The notes beneath the pieces are model-generated. The model was not told where the DNA came from. It ran no database searches and was given only the letters and a program-made list of their open reading frames with translations. DNA of 64,000 bases from Octopus vulgaris (lineage: Eukaryota). Shown in pieces: positions 12,974 to 26,979 of this stretch. The position numbers were made by a program, and so were the translations under genes. The stretch spans positions 7,812,001 through 7,876,000 of the forward strand of contig OX597831.1 in the NCBI GenBank assembly GCA_951406725.2, in the 5' to 3' direction. The first letter of the stretch is position 1, and each line of letters opens with the position of its first letter.

Positions 12974-13297
12974 GTGAGTATATTTTCTTAGTATCAACTA
13001 AACTCATAAATAGTTATTCATAATCCTTTGGAGACAAAGTCTACTGATACATCTATGGTAAAGAAGAACCATTTTGTACAAAATACAGAAAGAATACAGA
13101 TGTTATTAAAATTCTTCAACTAAATATCTAAATGTCTGAGAATCACCCTTCTCAAGTTTTTACTTCATGTTTGGGGCCTTGGAGACCGAATATAAAAGTT
13201 ATTGGTGTACTTTACTTGGAATGTTAAGAAAATTATATTTTAAAGATAAAAATTGAGAAAACAATCTAGAAAAATCTTTTACATCCTTTTAGTAATC

Positions 13298-13555
13298 ATA
13301 GGCGCAGGAGTGGCTGTGTGGTAAGTAGCTTGCTAACCAACCACATGGTTCCGGGTTCAGTCCCACTGCGTGGCATCTTGGGCAAGTGTCTTCTGCTATC
13401 TTAGCGGTTCGGCAAAAAAGAGACCGATAGAATAAGTACTGGGCTTACAAAGAATAAGTCCCGGGGTCGAGTTGCTCGATTAAAGGCGGTGCTCCAGCAT
13501 GGCCGCAGTCAAATGACTGAAACAAGTAAAAAAAAAAAGTAAAAGAGTAAAAGAG
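13298..13555 (+). mobile_element. tRNA-derived SINE with a CORE-like 'cttgggcaagtgtctt' segment (representative; internally shortened)
   Basis: GGCGCAGGAGTGGCTGTGTGGTAAG...GGTTCAGTCCC head and a tail ending in (gtaaaaga)n. Copies at ~19096-19510, 41290-41645, 45183-45620, 50652-51025, 62138-62260 and many on the minus strand. Confidence 0.8.
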
Positions 13556-14269
13556 ATATATTTATGAAAGACGAGTTTGATTAAAAAATCCACCTCATTT
13601 CGGGTGGCGTCTTGTCTTGCAAGTTACATGGGGATCTCTCTGTAAAAAGCACTTGGTACCCTCTGTAAAGTGTTAGGAAGGGAATCCATCTATAGAAACC
13701 ATGCTGAAGCAAAGCAGACAGTTGAGCTTGGGGCAGTCTTCTGACTTGCCAGCTCCTGTTGAACCTTCCAAACTATATACGAGGGGGTACCCAAGAGTAA
13801 CTGGAAACATACTGTGTAGGACAAAGCCATTGTAGTTCAGGCTTCCACTGCTAGAAGCCACTCAATGCGATCCTCAGGCATCAATCTACCAACCATTTGT
13901 ACCACCATGTTGTGCGTCTTCGTTTTGCAGTGCTTCTCCCCTGTTCGTCGATTTTTGTGTCATGGCTTTCTGTGAGCTGTGTTTGATACTTGTTGTTACA
14001 CACACACACGCATGCACACAGAAGATAAGTACAACAGGCAACAAACCTTCTTCAGACATCCCAATCGCTCACCTTACTCCTGGCTCCACTTGAGCCATCT
14101 TCCATTACTATCATGTTGTCTCAGAATATATATATATATATAGCCGAAATTGCGAGGATTATCCGGTTCTTGACTGAAGATTGAAGGCTTCGAATGTCCT
14201 GTCCATGTTTTTTGTATCGTCTCCTAAATGTTTTGCGTTCTTTTCCCAGTTTGTATTTTTATACATATA

Positions 14270-14326
<57 letters not shown>

Positions 14327-16108
14327 TTCAAATTTTGACATAAGGACACCAATTTCAAGGGAAGGGGTTAAACCGATTCATTGATCCCCAGTACGCAACT
14401 GGTACATATTTTATTGACCCTGAAATTACGAAAGGCAAAGTTGACCTTGGTGGTATTTGAACTGAGAACGTAGCATTTTGGTCAGTCTGCTAAAGATTCT
14501 GCCAGCCCCCCCCCATATGTATGTATATTAATGTTTTGTTTTTTATGTTCAGTTATAAAAAAGAAACAATTTCACATTAATCTGATGGGTTACTCTATAC
14601 TTTTGTGGAATAAAAATTTATCATTCTTAAACAAGAATGTTGTTGATAGTGACTTTGAAGTTTTTGACCAGCTAAGCCATGATCAGATTGTGATGCATTC
14701 GAGTCAGTCTAGCCTTTGTATAGTCTCTGTTGAGTTGAAATCCTCCTTGGGTGTGTGGATTAGAGTGGTAGTTGTCATAACAACCAACCGTAAAAACCCA
14801 ATGACCACCCCACTCAAACCTACACACCCAAAGATGATTTTAACTCAACAGAGACTAGACAATGGCAAGACTAACTCTAATGCATCACAGTGTGATGATG
14901 GCTTCGCTGGCCGAAACTTTGAAATGACTGTCAATAACATTTCTGTTTAAGAATATTTATATATATATAAATTTGATAGGCTTCTTTCAGTTTCCATCTA
15001 CCAAATCTATTCACAAGGCTTTGGTCAGCCTGAGGCCGTAGTAGAAGATATTTGCACAAGGTGCCACTCATTGAGATTGAACCTGGAACTATATGGTTGG
15101 GAAGCAAACATCTTGAGCACACGACCATGCTAGGAATGCAGCTCAAAAACTTGCCTTTCTCATTATGCTCACAAAATCCTTCGTTCCCTAATTATTACCC
15201 ACACTACTTGGCTTTGGTGAGGTTCACAAGCATGTTTGGTGCTGATGCTTTGTTTGTTTGTTGAGCGAAGCAGTCTTCGTCCCAGTGCTCACAGTGGGAG
15301 AAGTCCGAAACGTGGTCCTTTGCTATTCGTAAGACCCGCAGAAGAGGGAGCAGGTCAACTCCCGACACCAAGAGCATCAACGGATGGATGAATGTGCATC
15401 CAGGCTCAGCTGTTGTGTAGGAAGTCGGGGACAAGAAACAGGAAGAAAGAGTGAGAGAAAGTTGAGGCGAAAGAGTACAACAGGGGTCTCCACCACCCCC
15501 TGCCAGAGCCTCGTGGAGCTTTACGTGTTTTCGCTCAATAAACACAACACCTGGTCTGGAAATCGAAACCGCGATCCTCCAACCATGAGTCCGCTGCCCT
15601 AACCACTGGGCCATTGCACCGCCACTTGCTAATGCTGATGCTGCTGGTGGAAACATGGACACCCAAGACAGTTGATTGATGGATTTAAAGTCAAGACAGG
15701 TTTTACCCTTTGGTCTTCAGGTATGCTGTGCTGTCTCTTCTCTTTGCCTTTTCTACAATAAAACTGTGTTTCATGAGAAAATGAATGAGGAATTTATGAA
15801 AATTACGGATATCATATTTTACAAGAAACTCCTGCATTAGTTTAGATTTTTAGCTCACCTGTCTACCACTTGCAGCATACCTGTGTACCAGACTACATCT
15901 TTTGAGAATCACCTGTATAGACAAACTATAGACCAACTAACATGTATATATTCTAGAGGTGACCATCCTCTCCTTGTTTGGATCATTAAAAGTAATGGGC
16001 CTATTATGCAGGTTGACATATTTTTTTAACAAAGCATACTTCTTTTGGTGAAAGAGTTCAAACAATTTTGGTATCACCAACTTTCAGCTCCTCTGACAAG
16101 TCTATTAC

Positions 16109-16151
<43 letters not shown>

Positions 16152-17841
16152 TTATCATGTATTTATGGTATGGTATTTCTCTTTTATTTGATGATATCCA
16201 ATAATACCATTCCAATGTTCATCCTGATATATTAGCTTCATAAACTGACCTTCTCTCAGAGAATTCTGACATCAAGAAGGAGCTAAATAACTGATTCTCA
16301 TACACTATTAGTAGATCAATTGAGCTAAAATATAATAGCTTGTATACTTGGGAATTCTGGTTTATGAAAAATACTATTGATATTTTAATATTCCTAGAAG
16401 AGAATAATGAGGTAGATGTAACCTTTATTTCTGAAGTAGGACTGACTTTGTAAAGGCCCTTATAACTGAAGCTCTTCAAAATGAAAAGCAATATTCCTAT
16501 CAATGCCATCGTTACTCTCAAAATATTAAGATGATAGTTTGAGATTTATTAAAAAAAAAAAAATTATTGACTGTCAATCCTTTAAGTCTACTTTACTTAC
16601 TGGAAAATTTCACCCACCATTTTCTATCTGACTACATGTTGTGGCTTTTCTATCCTGAATTTCTATTATTTTCTCTATTCTATGCTTAACTACAGATCTA
16701 GCGGTAATGGGTCTGAGACTGTATTGATATTTGAGTGGGATTCATAGATTGTAATATTATCGAAGAATTCTGTTAGGATAATCTGCCAGAGGAAAACTGC
16801 TAGGGCATTTGAAAAAAATCAATAAAAACCAACAGCAAAAGTCTTTAAGAAAAATAATGTCCCTGAACAACGCAAACAATATTAAATACACCATTTTGCC
16901 TCTTAATTTCCTCCCTAATAGTTCTCATGAAAATCATAGTGTGAAAATTGATGCCAGGGACCAAAAACATGAGTGCACTGAATTCTTAAATGCAGCTGCA
17001 GTGTGCAAGAGAAAGGACAGCACTGGAATGGTTTTATTATTTAGGATTAGTTGGGGGGAAGAAGGATTGCCAAGCAATCCAAGTTGAAGATGAAGATTGA
17101 AGAAGACCTGCAAAGAAGTAGTTCAGTTTCACGTTAAGATGCTGGATTTCAAAAATGAGGAGATGATGATGACGATGATGATGGCAGCAGTAACAATGAT
17201 GACGATAAAGAAGAGGAATTGGAAAACATAGGGACATGGTTTCTTGGAGAAACCCATCAAAATGATGTCAGCATGGTAGAATAGACTTAAAATGATGGTG
17301 ATGATGATGATACGTTTTGAAGATAGTTTTGGCATTGGTGCAAACCTTGGGAGTAAAAGTGAGCAGATGGAAACTGTGTGGAAGCCCTGTCAGATCGGTT
17401 GTATTGTGAATAGAAAGGTCCATCCTTGTTATACTGTGCCATGCTGATTCCGTCTGAGAATCATGATTAAGATACATGTTCCTGTGGAATACTCAGCCAC
17501 TTTGCATGCTAATTTAATGTTTGAGAACTTCAATTCATTGAACAACTGATAGAAAAGACCAGTCTAGTTTATTGTTAGACCTATTTAGTAATGATTTCAA
17601 ATTTTGCCACAAGAGCAGCAGTTTGGGGGATGGAGGGTGAGTTGATTACATTGACCCCAGTGTTTCACTGGTACTTAATTTAAGGATGAAAGGCAAAGTG
17701 GACCTCAGTGGAAGTTTGAAGCCAGAATGTAGGGATGGGCAAAATACCGCTAAGCATTTCGCCTGACATGCTAACGATTCTGCCAGCTCAATAATAATAA
17801 TGATAATGATAATAATAATAATAATGATAATGATAATAATG

Positions 17842-17885
<44 letters not shown>

Positions 17886-18405
17886 GATAGTGATAATAAT
17901 AATAATGATAATGATAACGACGACGATAATAATAATAATCCTTTCAACTATAGGCACAAGGCCTGAATATATTTTCTGGGGTGGGCTGGTCAATTACATC
18001 AACCCCAATGTATGACTGGTACTTATTTCACTGACCCTGAAAGGATGAAAGGCAAAGTCAACCTCAGTGGAATTTGAACCCAGAACTTCGAGATGAATGA
18101 AATGTTGTTCAGCATATTTGTTCAGTGTCCAAACGATTCTGCCGGCTTTTGCCCGCTTTTAAGCAGTTTCAAATTTTGGCACAAGGCCAGCATTATCACA
18201 CTGATCCCCCCCCCCCCCCAAAAAAAAAAAAAAAACTGGACAGCAGGTGAAGTTGATCTCAGCTGAATTTGGAACTCAGAAGGTAAAGAGTCAAAAATAA
18301 TGTTGTTAATTAATTAGTGTGGCATGTTGAAGATTCTACCAGTTCGCCATCTTCATGGTGATGCTGATGATGAAAATAACATAATATAAATAAACATAAT
18401 AATAA

Positions 18406-18451
<46 letters not shown>

Positions 18452-18728
18452 ATGTGTATGGATATTTATATATTTATATTTATTATATTCATATTATTTT
18501 ACTGTCACAGTAACTTCAGTAGCAATCATTACAATTTTTGAAAATTACATGTGTGTGTAAAATAAATTGAATTGGAATTTTTCATTAAAGCCCGTTATCT
18601 AACATCTCTATTTTCGTTAATTTCCCATCATGTAATCTGCCGTTCCATTTTCCTGCAAATATATCCTTCAACTTAAAGAAAGACAGTTCTTTATATTATC
18701 TAAATAATTCAAATTTTTGGATTTTTAG

Positions 18729-18816
18729 GAAACTGAAAACGTTGCAAATGAGACTCAAAACACGGAAGAAAATGGCAAAAAGCATTCAGCAGAGAATTTG
18801 CCTAAACCCGAGGAAG
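18729..18816 (+). CDS. SPEF2: SPEF2 exon H (ETENVANETQNTEENGKKHSAENLPKPEE), phase 0->1
   Basis: atttttag| acceptor, G|gtaaaa donor. Supplies the phase change needed between exons G and I. Confidence 0.8.
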
Positions 18817-19525
18817 GTAAAAGACTTGTGGAAATTTGGTGTGATTAATGCACGATTAATTGCTGGGGGTTTTGTGGAATAGCGGATAGCATAGCAGTAA
18901 CATTGAAATTCTGTGTGAGAACTTGGATCACATGAACCACAGCCGTGGGATTAAGAAAGTTCTGCTGTGCTTGCGGTTCCAGGTTCAATTATGTTGTGTG
19001 GCACATCTCGGACAAGTGTCTTCTCAGGTCAACTAATACTTTATGGCAGAAACCTTATAGACAAACTGTGTGTGTGTGTGTGTGTGTTTATATATAGGCA
19101 CAGGCATGGCTGTGTGGTAAGAAGCTTGCTTCACAACCACATGGCTCTGGGTTCAGTCCCACTGCATGGGACACTTGGGCAAGTGTCTTCTACTATTGCC
19201 ATGGGCTGATCAAAGCTTTGCGAGTGGATTTGGTAGACAGAAACCGAAAGAAGATCTTCGTGTGTGTCTGTGTGTGTGTGTATATGTTTGTGTGTGTGTG
19301 TCATTGTGTCTGTATTTGTCCTGCCATTGCTTGATAACTGATGCTAGTGTGTTTAGGTCCCCATAACTTAGTGGTTCAGCAATAGTGACTGATAGAATAG
19401 TACTAGGCTTACAAAAATAGGTCCTGGGGTCGATTTCTTCAACTAAAGCCCTTTAAGGTGGTGCTCCAGCATGGCTGCATTAAAATGACTGAAACAAGTA
19501 AAAGAATAAAAGACAGAATACATAG

Positions 19526-20360
19526 AAGGTGCATTCCAGAAGTTTTGAGACATTTCCAGGGGGGTGGAGGTGTAGGTAGACCTTTGTTGATTTCAAAGAT
19601 GTACAAAACCCTCCTTCAAAGTCAGATCCTCTGACTTCAACAGACTTTTTGTTCTACTCCAGCCACTTTGTGGGGACCTCATGGAAGCCCTCCAAAGTGA
19701 AGATATCCAGGATCCTTGTCACAGCCTCCTTAATCTTGGGGAACAACCAAAAGTCACTGGGAACAAGATCTCTAGACTGTAGCGAAGACAAGGGAGAGTT
19801 TTGATGCCCGTCTTTGTCAAGTAGTTGGTTACCAGGATGGAATTGTCCTGGAGCCGGTGCTCTGGCCTTTTGTGATGACATCTTTTCCTGATCTCCCTCA
19901 AAGCCTCCACAAAGTATTCTTTATTGAGTACCTGGCCAAAAGGAGCCCAGTGGATGCCCTTGCTGTTGGAAAAAGGGATCATCATGAGCTTCCTGGTGAA
20001 CGTCTTGTGCCAGTAATAACCAAATGCTCAGCTCATTCAATCAATCCAAGAGCAGTCCGGAACCGTTCATATGTTTCTGCAGCATTTTGAACCAATTTGA
20101 ACACAAAGACTTCATTGCAGCATGGTGGGCTTCCAAATTGTCTTTGGGTCCCAACTGCTTTCTGCAAACTCCTCAGCTCTGACAAGCAGTGTCTAAGTAG
20201 GGTGTGTTCAAAGTGATGTTACAGCCGTCTCCTTCAAATCCCGAAAATACAAAAATTGGCAGGTCAGCTTATTGGATGTACCCTAATCCTAACATCAGAA
20301 TAATCCAGGTCAGTTATAACTACCCGTCGTAAAAAGTCTCAAAACTTCTGGAACGCACCT

Positions 20361-20361
<1 letters not shown>
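19526..20361 (-). mobile_element. Degraded mariner transposon with ~26-bp TIRs
   Basis: TIRs aaggtgcattccagaagttttgagac / gtctcaaaacttctggaacgcacctt. Minus-strand GQVLNKEYFVEALRE...KRPE..LQDN...YS.DLVPSDFWLFPKIK, across frameshifts. Confidence 0.88.
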
Positions 20362-20423
<62 letters not shown>

Positions 20424-21442
20424 TGGAAAATCTATTTCTGTGGGAAAGACAAAGAGAAAGATAATCTGACATAAAACTTGCTGTGAAAATAGTAGCAGTC
20501 ATGTTTTAATGCTTCTGGCAAGAACCTACTTTGGTGACTGAGAGAGTAGCAAAAGGGTTTTATCAAAGCTTTTGCCACTTAAATCCTATTTCTTTACTAC
20601 CCACAAGGGGCTAAACACAGAGGGGACAAACTGGGACAGACAAACGGATTAAGTCGATTACATCGACCCCAGTGTGTAACTGGTACTTATTTTATTGTCC
20701 CCAAAAGGATGAAAGGCAAAGTTGACCTTGCCGGAATTTGAACTCAGAACGTAACTGCAGACGAAATATCACTAAGCATTTCGCCCGCGTGCTAATGGTT
20801 CTGCCATTTAAATCCAAATGATGAGCAGACATGTCTTACTGTCATTTCATTTCTTGATCTGTTTGGCATTCCATAAAGTTTTATAGTGATGGACATCCTT
20901 GTCAAATGCAATGATGAAAGTGAGATGACAGACATGGCAACCATCATATATGTGTGTGAGTATACCAATGTCAATTTGTCAATTGATTTTAAGGTGCTTA
21001 ACACCATGAAAGGAACGTGGTTTTCTCCCTTCAGTAAGAAGCTTGCTTCCCAACTACATGGCTTCAGGTTCACTTCTATTGCATTGCACCTCGGGTAAGT
21101 TTCTACAGTAGCCCCTGGCTGACCAAATCCTTCTGAGTGGAATTGGTAAATGAAAACTTAAAGAAGCCTGTTGTATATATATGTCTGCGCGTGTGTTACT
21201 GTCTTTTTGTCTTGGCATCATGTGGTGGTTGTAAATGAGTGTCCCTGTCATACAAGCACTGCCCTTCATGCCCAGTTTACCATGGGAGAAATATTACCTT
21301 GTATAGAGACAGATGAGGGTTGGCAACAGGAAGGGCATCCAGACATAGAAAATGTGCTTCAATAGATTCCATCTGATCTGTGTAAGCTTGGAAAAGTCGA
21401 CTTGAAAATGATAATGATAGTGATGACGATGACAACAGGAAT

Positions 21443-21790
21443 TACAACCGTGTTTCGTGGTCTGCTACCACAACAGCTCCTTTATAGGATCCAGTCAGCT
21501 TAAGACATCATCAGGAGGAACCACGTCCAGTTTCAACCCCTACTCCTCTACCGTTTTGATGTGGCGCTCCCCCCCCCCCATCCTTTTGGAGATGTTTTCA
21601 GCTCTGGTGTTGGGTGCATGTCTTCTTTCTTCTATTCCCTGGTCTCTTCGATGTATCGTCAGCGAGTGTCAGCCGGTGACTGACTGACTTGTCAAATTTT
21701 CCCCTTTAAATACCTGCCGCTAGGCTCCAGCAGGCAGCCCCAGCAAGTTGTCACGTGACTCTGTCTCACCTTAACTGACTAGTGAAGGCG
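21443..21790 (-). mobile_element. Putative Penelope-type terminal repeat fragment with a hammerhead-ribozyme core
   Basis: Minus strand, in order: GTCACGTGAC, GTATTTAAAG, then CTGATGA-[stem II]-GAAACA-CGGT-TGTA. Confidence 0.5.
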
Positions 21791-22124
21791 CGTAGTCTTA
21801 GCCCTTGTCATTTTATCTTCTCACCCCTATTCAATATTTCCTTTTCTTTTTCAACATGGAATTTGTCCTGTTTAATCAACCTGAGATTTTATACTTTCTC
21901 TCTTCCTCAATTCTTGACCCCCCACCGCCCACCTTTTTTTCTCTCTATTAGTTCTCCCCTTCCCCCTATTTTGGAATCTTTTCCAGCATTTTGATTGGTT
22001 AACGATTTTTTTTTTGTTGCTATTTTCATTGTTTTTTTGGTCTCTTTCAATATTTTCCACCCTCAAAATACAAGAATCTCTTTGATTTATTTTCGTTTAT
22101 TTTTGTAATAAATTCTTTCTTCAG

Positions 22125-22201
22125 AACCCGAAGAGAAGGCACCGGAACCAATCGAACCCGATTCACCTGACTGGGAGTTTGTGGATTTTGAGATCAACAT
22201 G
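22125..22201 (+). CDS. SPEF2: SPEF2 exon I (EPEEKAPEPIEPDSPDWEFVDFEINM), phase 1->0
   Basis: ttctttcttcag| acceptor, G|gtcagt donor. P.S..W.(F/Y)V motif resembles SPEF2 'PGSEEWVYV'. Confidence 0.9.
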
Positions 22202-23514
22202 GTCAGTTGTAGTCTCTTATTTCTTCAGACTTTTACTTGTTTCATTCATTGAACTGTGGCCATGCTGGGGCATCACCTTAATGGCTTTGTTGTCTGTCAT
22301 ATTGACCCTGGTAATTATTTTATTGATCTCCTTTTATCAAGTGGCAAGGTTTAATTTTGGGGGGGACCTTCAAGAACTTAACTCAAAATGCAGGTATAAG
22401 TGCACACACACACACATGCACACATGTATCTATAAAAAGAAATGTAAGTAATAGATTTTGGGTTATGCCATAAAGCCAAGTCCTTTATGGATGTGAAACC
22501 TAAGGTAATCCCATAAACTGGCATTATCTAACTTATATATATATATCATCATCACCATCATCTTCATAATAATTTAATGTCCCCCGTCCATACTGGCATG
22601 GGCAGAACAGTTTGACAAGAACTAACAAAGCCAGAAGACCGCTCCAAGCTCTGCTGTCTGTTTTGGCAGGGTTTCTATGGCTGGATGCCCTTCCTAACAC
22701 CAACCACTTTACAGAGTGTACTGGGTGCTTTTTATGTGACACCAGCACCAGCAGGGGTCAAGACCCCACAACTGAGAGGGGGAGTTGTATTGAGAGAGGT
22801 GGCTTTGTGCCAGACGATGAGAGATCAACACATGAATAGGAAGGAGAGAAACGAGTGTCTTGCAGTAGAAGGGATCCATGGCTCCCTCGGTTGTGAGTAG
22901 GGTGGGGGGGAGATGAGATGACGGAGATGTAATGGGGTTTAACACCCTAGTTAAGGGGAAAGAGTATATAGTGAAGTGGATGAGGGACTGGATAGGGTGA
23001 GATTGTGAAAGGAAAGTGGGAGCATTGGGAGGGGGTATGTTGTGGGGGAAGAGATTTGAAAGGGTCACATTGTGCGCAGATAGGTTCACAAGGGAAAGTG
23101 GGAGATAGAGGGAGGGGAATACCGCAGATGGTGAGCATGGGTGGTGGAAGAGGAGAGAAGGTGTTGAGAATATGGATTACGGGGGAAGGGGTTTGTCGGG
23201 GATGAATGGACATAAAGGACATGCCTCTATGGCTTTGGTTTTACTTAGTTGGATGGGTCTTCTCAAGAAAGAGCAAATTGCCAATCGATTTGGTCTTTTG
23301 TCATCTCTTCTGTGAGGCTCAGCATCTCAAGATCATTTTTCACTTCTTTGGCCCAAGTCCTCCTAGGTCTTCCTTTTCCACAGGTTCCCTCCACATTTAG
23401 GCAATGGCACCTTTTTTATGCAGCTGTCTTTGTCCATTCACCTCACATGATTAGACCAGTCTTCTCTCTTGCACACTACAACAGATGCCTCTTAAACTTA
23501 ATTTTCCTCTCAAT

Positions 23515-23598
<84 letters not shown>

Positions 23599-23712
23599 AA
23601 TCCCAGTATGATCTTTGGGGCCGCTGCACAAAGTAGCTCTGAGTGCCACAGTTTACTTGTTTCAAAAAGGTGATTATGTTTTAATTGATAAAACATTTTT
23701 GTTAATTGACAG

Positions 23713-23840
23713 ATAATGGTAAAACTGTTAAGTTCTTATTGGAAACTAATAGAGAGGTCCTATCTGCAGAACTGTAAGAAAATGTTTCGAGCAATAAGGA
23801 AAGAACGAGATTGCATAAAGCCTTATTATTACAGCATCAG
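23713..23840 (+). CDS. SPEF2: SPEF2 exon J (IMVKLLSSYWKLIERSYLQNCKKMFRAIRKERDCIKPYYYSIR), phase 0->2
   Basis: ttgacag| acceptor, AG|gtgagg donor. YW.LIE.SY motif of SPEF2. Confidence 0.93.
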
Positions 23841-24146
23841 GTGAGGAAATATTCAGGTATTTTATTAAAAGATTTCTTTTGTTCATTGTTGGAGGAAGAG
23901 TAGTTTGAGGCAGACGGATGCTTTTCCTGATGCCAACTTTCAGCTGCTTTTTTTTTTTTTTTTATCATGAGTAAGCTTGCGGTTAAGGACGATTTTATTC
24001 AACTGTTTCAAAACCCACCGAGCAATGGGGCTTTGTGTCTGTTGTGAATGTAAATACAATAATTGATTTTCAATCAGATAATATCATGCCGAAAGCAGAC
24101 ACGACTATTTTTATATGCCTGCATATAAGCCTGCATGCATATCTCT

Positions 24147-24209
<63 letters not shown>

Positions 24210-24614
24210 GCTCTCTCTCTCTCCCTCCTCCTCTCTCTCTCTCTCACACACACACACATGTCTATACATATACATGTATGTGTATGTGTATATGTGTATA
24301 TATATATATGTAAAATCAAAATAAGCAACAAGGATATCCAAGGTAGAGTAGTACAATTGTTTCATGCTACTTCAATTTATTAAACACTAAGTATTACATC
24401 AGTTTTAAAATGTCTGACATTTTAAAACTGATGCAATACTTACAGTGTTTAATAAAATGAAGTAGCATGAAACAATTGTACTACACTACCTTGGATATCC
24501 TTGTTGCTTATTTTGATTATAATCACCCCATTTAATTTATATGGATAATACCATACAAAATTCTGGTGCCTTTGACTTAAGTACCATATTCATCTGAATC
24601 TAAGTTTTGCTGAA

Positions 24615-24662
<48 letters not shown>

Positions 24663-25442
24663 GTATACAGAAAGTATCACGTCAATGTCATAATACTTAA
24701 TTCATTAAAATTATTAACACATTAAATTAGTTAGCCTCATTTTTGATATTTTCAGTGTCATTAATCCTAATAATACTTTTATCGTATCTTTTAATTGTTT
24801 TGATAAAAATAAATGAGTATTGTACGTGTTTTTCATAACTGTATACCTACTTTTGCACTCCTCACTGTATATACATGCGCATACAAATATACATAAACAC
24901 ACACGCATCATCATCATCATCATCGTTTAACGTCCGTTTTCCATGCTAGCATGGGTTGGACGGTTCGACCGGGGTCTGGGAAGCCAGGGCTGCACCAGGC
25001 TCCAGTCTGATCTGGCAGTGTTTCTACAGCTGGATGCCCTTCCTAACGCCAACCACTCCGCGAGTGTAGTGGGTGCTTTTTATGTGCCACCTGCACGCAT
25101 ATATATATATATATCCGCATATCCACACACACACACATACATATATATTATGTAGTGTTTGTAAAAAATATTGAAAAGCATTTCTATAAACATAATACTA
25201 TTTGTAAAAAGAGTTTCAGTCCCCCTTTTTTTTTTTTTTGAGAGAAATAGTTATCAATGAGAAACGAGGCCATCCAGATGCAAAGAGATTTTGTGTTTCC
25301 AGTCTTCAACTGAACAAGCATAATAAATAAATGTTACTGGTATATAAATGTTAAAACAGACAAATTTATTTATTGTTTACTTGAGAAATATCGAAGATAT
25401 ATTGATGTAATAACGTTGATATTTAATTCCCCTTCGATACAG

Positions 25443-25509
25443 GAAAATATTTGAAGAGTATCTGAAACGTCCTGACAACAAACAAGATTTTGTTAGTCAA
25501 TGGCAGAAG
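25443..25509 (+). CDS. SPEF2: SPEF2 exon K (KIFEEYLKRPDNKQDFVSQWQK), phase 2->0
   Basis: atacag| acceptor, AAG|gtaata donor. Nearly identical to the SPEF2 motif LKRPDHKQDFVAQWQ. Confidence 0.96.
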
Positions 25510-26979
25510 GTAATATATAATTTATGTTTGTTTGGTTTGGTTTGGTTTGGTTTGGTTTGCTGTGTTTTATTTTTATTAACATGAAATGTCTTAATCTCGT
25601 CTCCTGCCTACTTTAACTCTAGCTGTCATCTAATATTAGATCTTCATAATTTATTCATTACTAATTTTTTAAAAATACCAATTGTTTTGTATTACTGCTA
25701 CTTCTTAAACTCAATTTTCAACTGTAATTTTCTATTCTGCTTCTGCCATGCTACAGCGCTGGGGCTTCTCATTCCAGCATCCGGGTTTCATTCTAGACAT
25801 TTGTTAATGTGTGTGATGATATAATTCAAGTTAATTTTGTATCATAGAGAAGAAATTGCTTTATTCCCAGACTTGATGAAGCCTTTGTCGGTTCTATTAT
25901 ATTACCATATTCCTGTCTTCTAGTAGTATTTAGATTATCTCAGTAGTAAAACCTAGCAACTTCTCGTCAAACATCACCTTTCTTTTCAGCCTTGAACTGC
26001 ATGCATTCTAATTACCGTTCCAATCTTGATGCATCAGAAATATTTATTGAATCAGTACCATTCTGTTGAGATATTCCTCACATGTTTAATCAGTGTATTT
26101 AATTACTTGTGTTAAATTGCAGTTGTTTTCACTTCATCTCTTTCTCTATACCTACCTCATCCCAAGACTACCACAGTTTCAACTTCTCACTTTTGCTTCT
26201 CAATTCATTTGTATTTCTTGTGCAACAAACAAGCAATTCTTCATTTCTCCCCAATTTCTTTTGAATCCTCTTCTTTCCTTTTTATCCAAGAACATCACCA
26301 TTTGTGGCATGGGTGGGGGTGGGGGTTCATTATGGCATTTCCCTAAAACATTTCTACAAACTAACAAGGAAGCTAAGCCAAGGATAAAACCTTTATCTGG
26401 TCACTTGATCTGTTAGAAAGAGCAACCAAATTGCTTTAAAATATAAATGTCTAAAAATAAATAAAGACTTACAGGGGACACATTTTTAATAATATAGTTT
26501 CACGTAAAACATATCTGAAGAATGTTTGGGATTGTAATAACATTTACTAGGTAAGATAATTAATCGATTACTTCCATTAGACCCTTAGAGCCAAGCCTTT
26601 AATCCTTTATAAGTCACTTTGTCAATACTACCAGTGAATATTATATAGACTATTTGGTGCCAACTTATTTCAGTGGATTTGGTAGATGAAAACTGAAAGA
26701 AGCATGATGTGTGTGTGTGTGTGTGTTTGTATCTCCTTGTCTTCGCATCGCATGCTAGTTGTAAATGATTGTCCCTGTTATACAGACAATATCAAATATT
26801 ACCAATATTCTTCAAGAACTTGTCTGATTATGGAGAAATATTACCTTGTTTGGAAACAAGTAAAGGTTGGTGACAAGGAGGGTATCTCTGTAATGAGGCA
26901 AAAAAATCTTCATGCAAGCATGGAAAAGTGGATGTTAAATGATGATGATGATAATGATGATGTCATATTATTTTTTAAG

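Noticed and set aside
14143-14260. Hammerhead-like CTGAAGA...CGAATGTC in a microsatellite-flanked insert
   Set aside because: GAAA is incomplete and no stem I can be drawn.
16219-16521. 100-aa minus-strand ORF with a hydrophobic N-terminus (apparent secreted protein)
   Set aside because: No splice context or motif. The opposite strand has a stop-ridden 'HPDILA' trace that may be a decayed LINE endonuclease, too weak to annotate.
26686-26979. 5' part of the 190-aa ORF 26686..27258
   Set aside because: It is SINE and microsatellite sequence that happens to be open. SPEF2 similarity starts at the 26980 acceptor.
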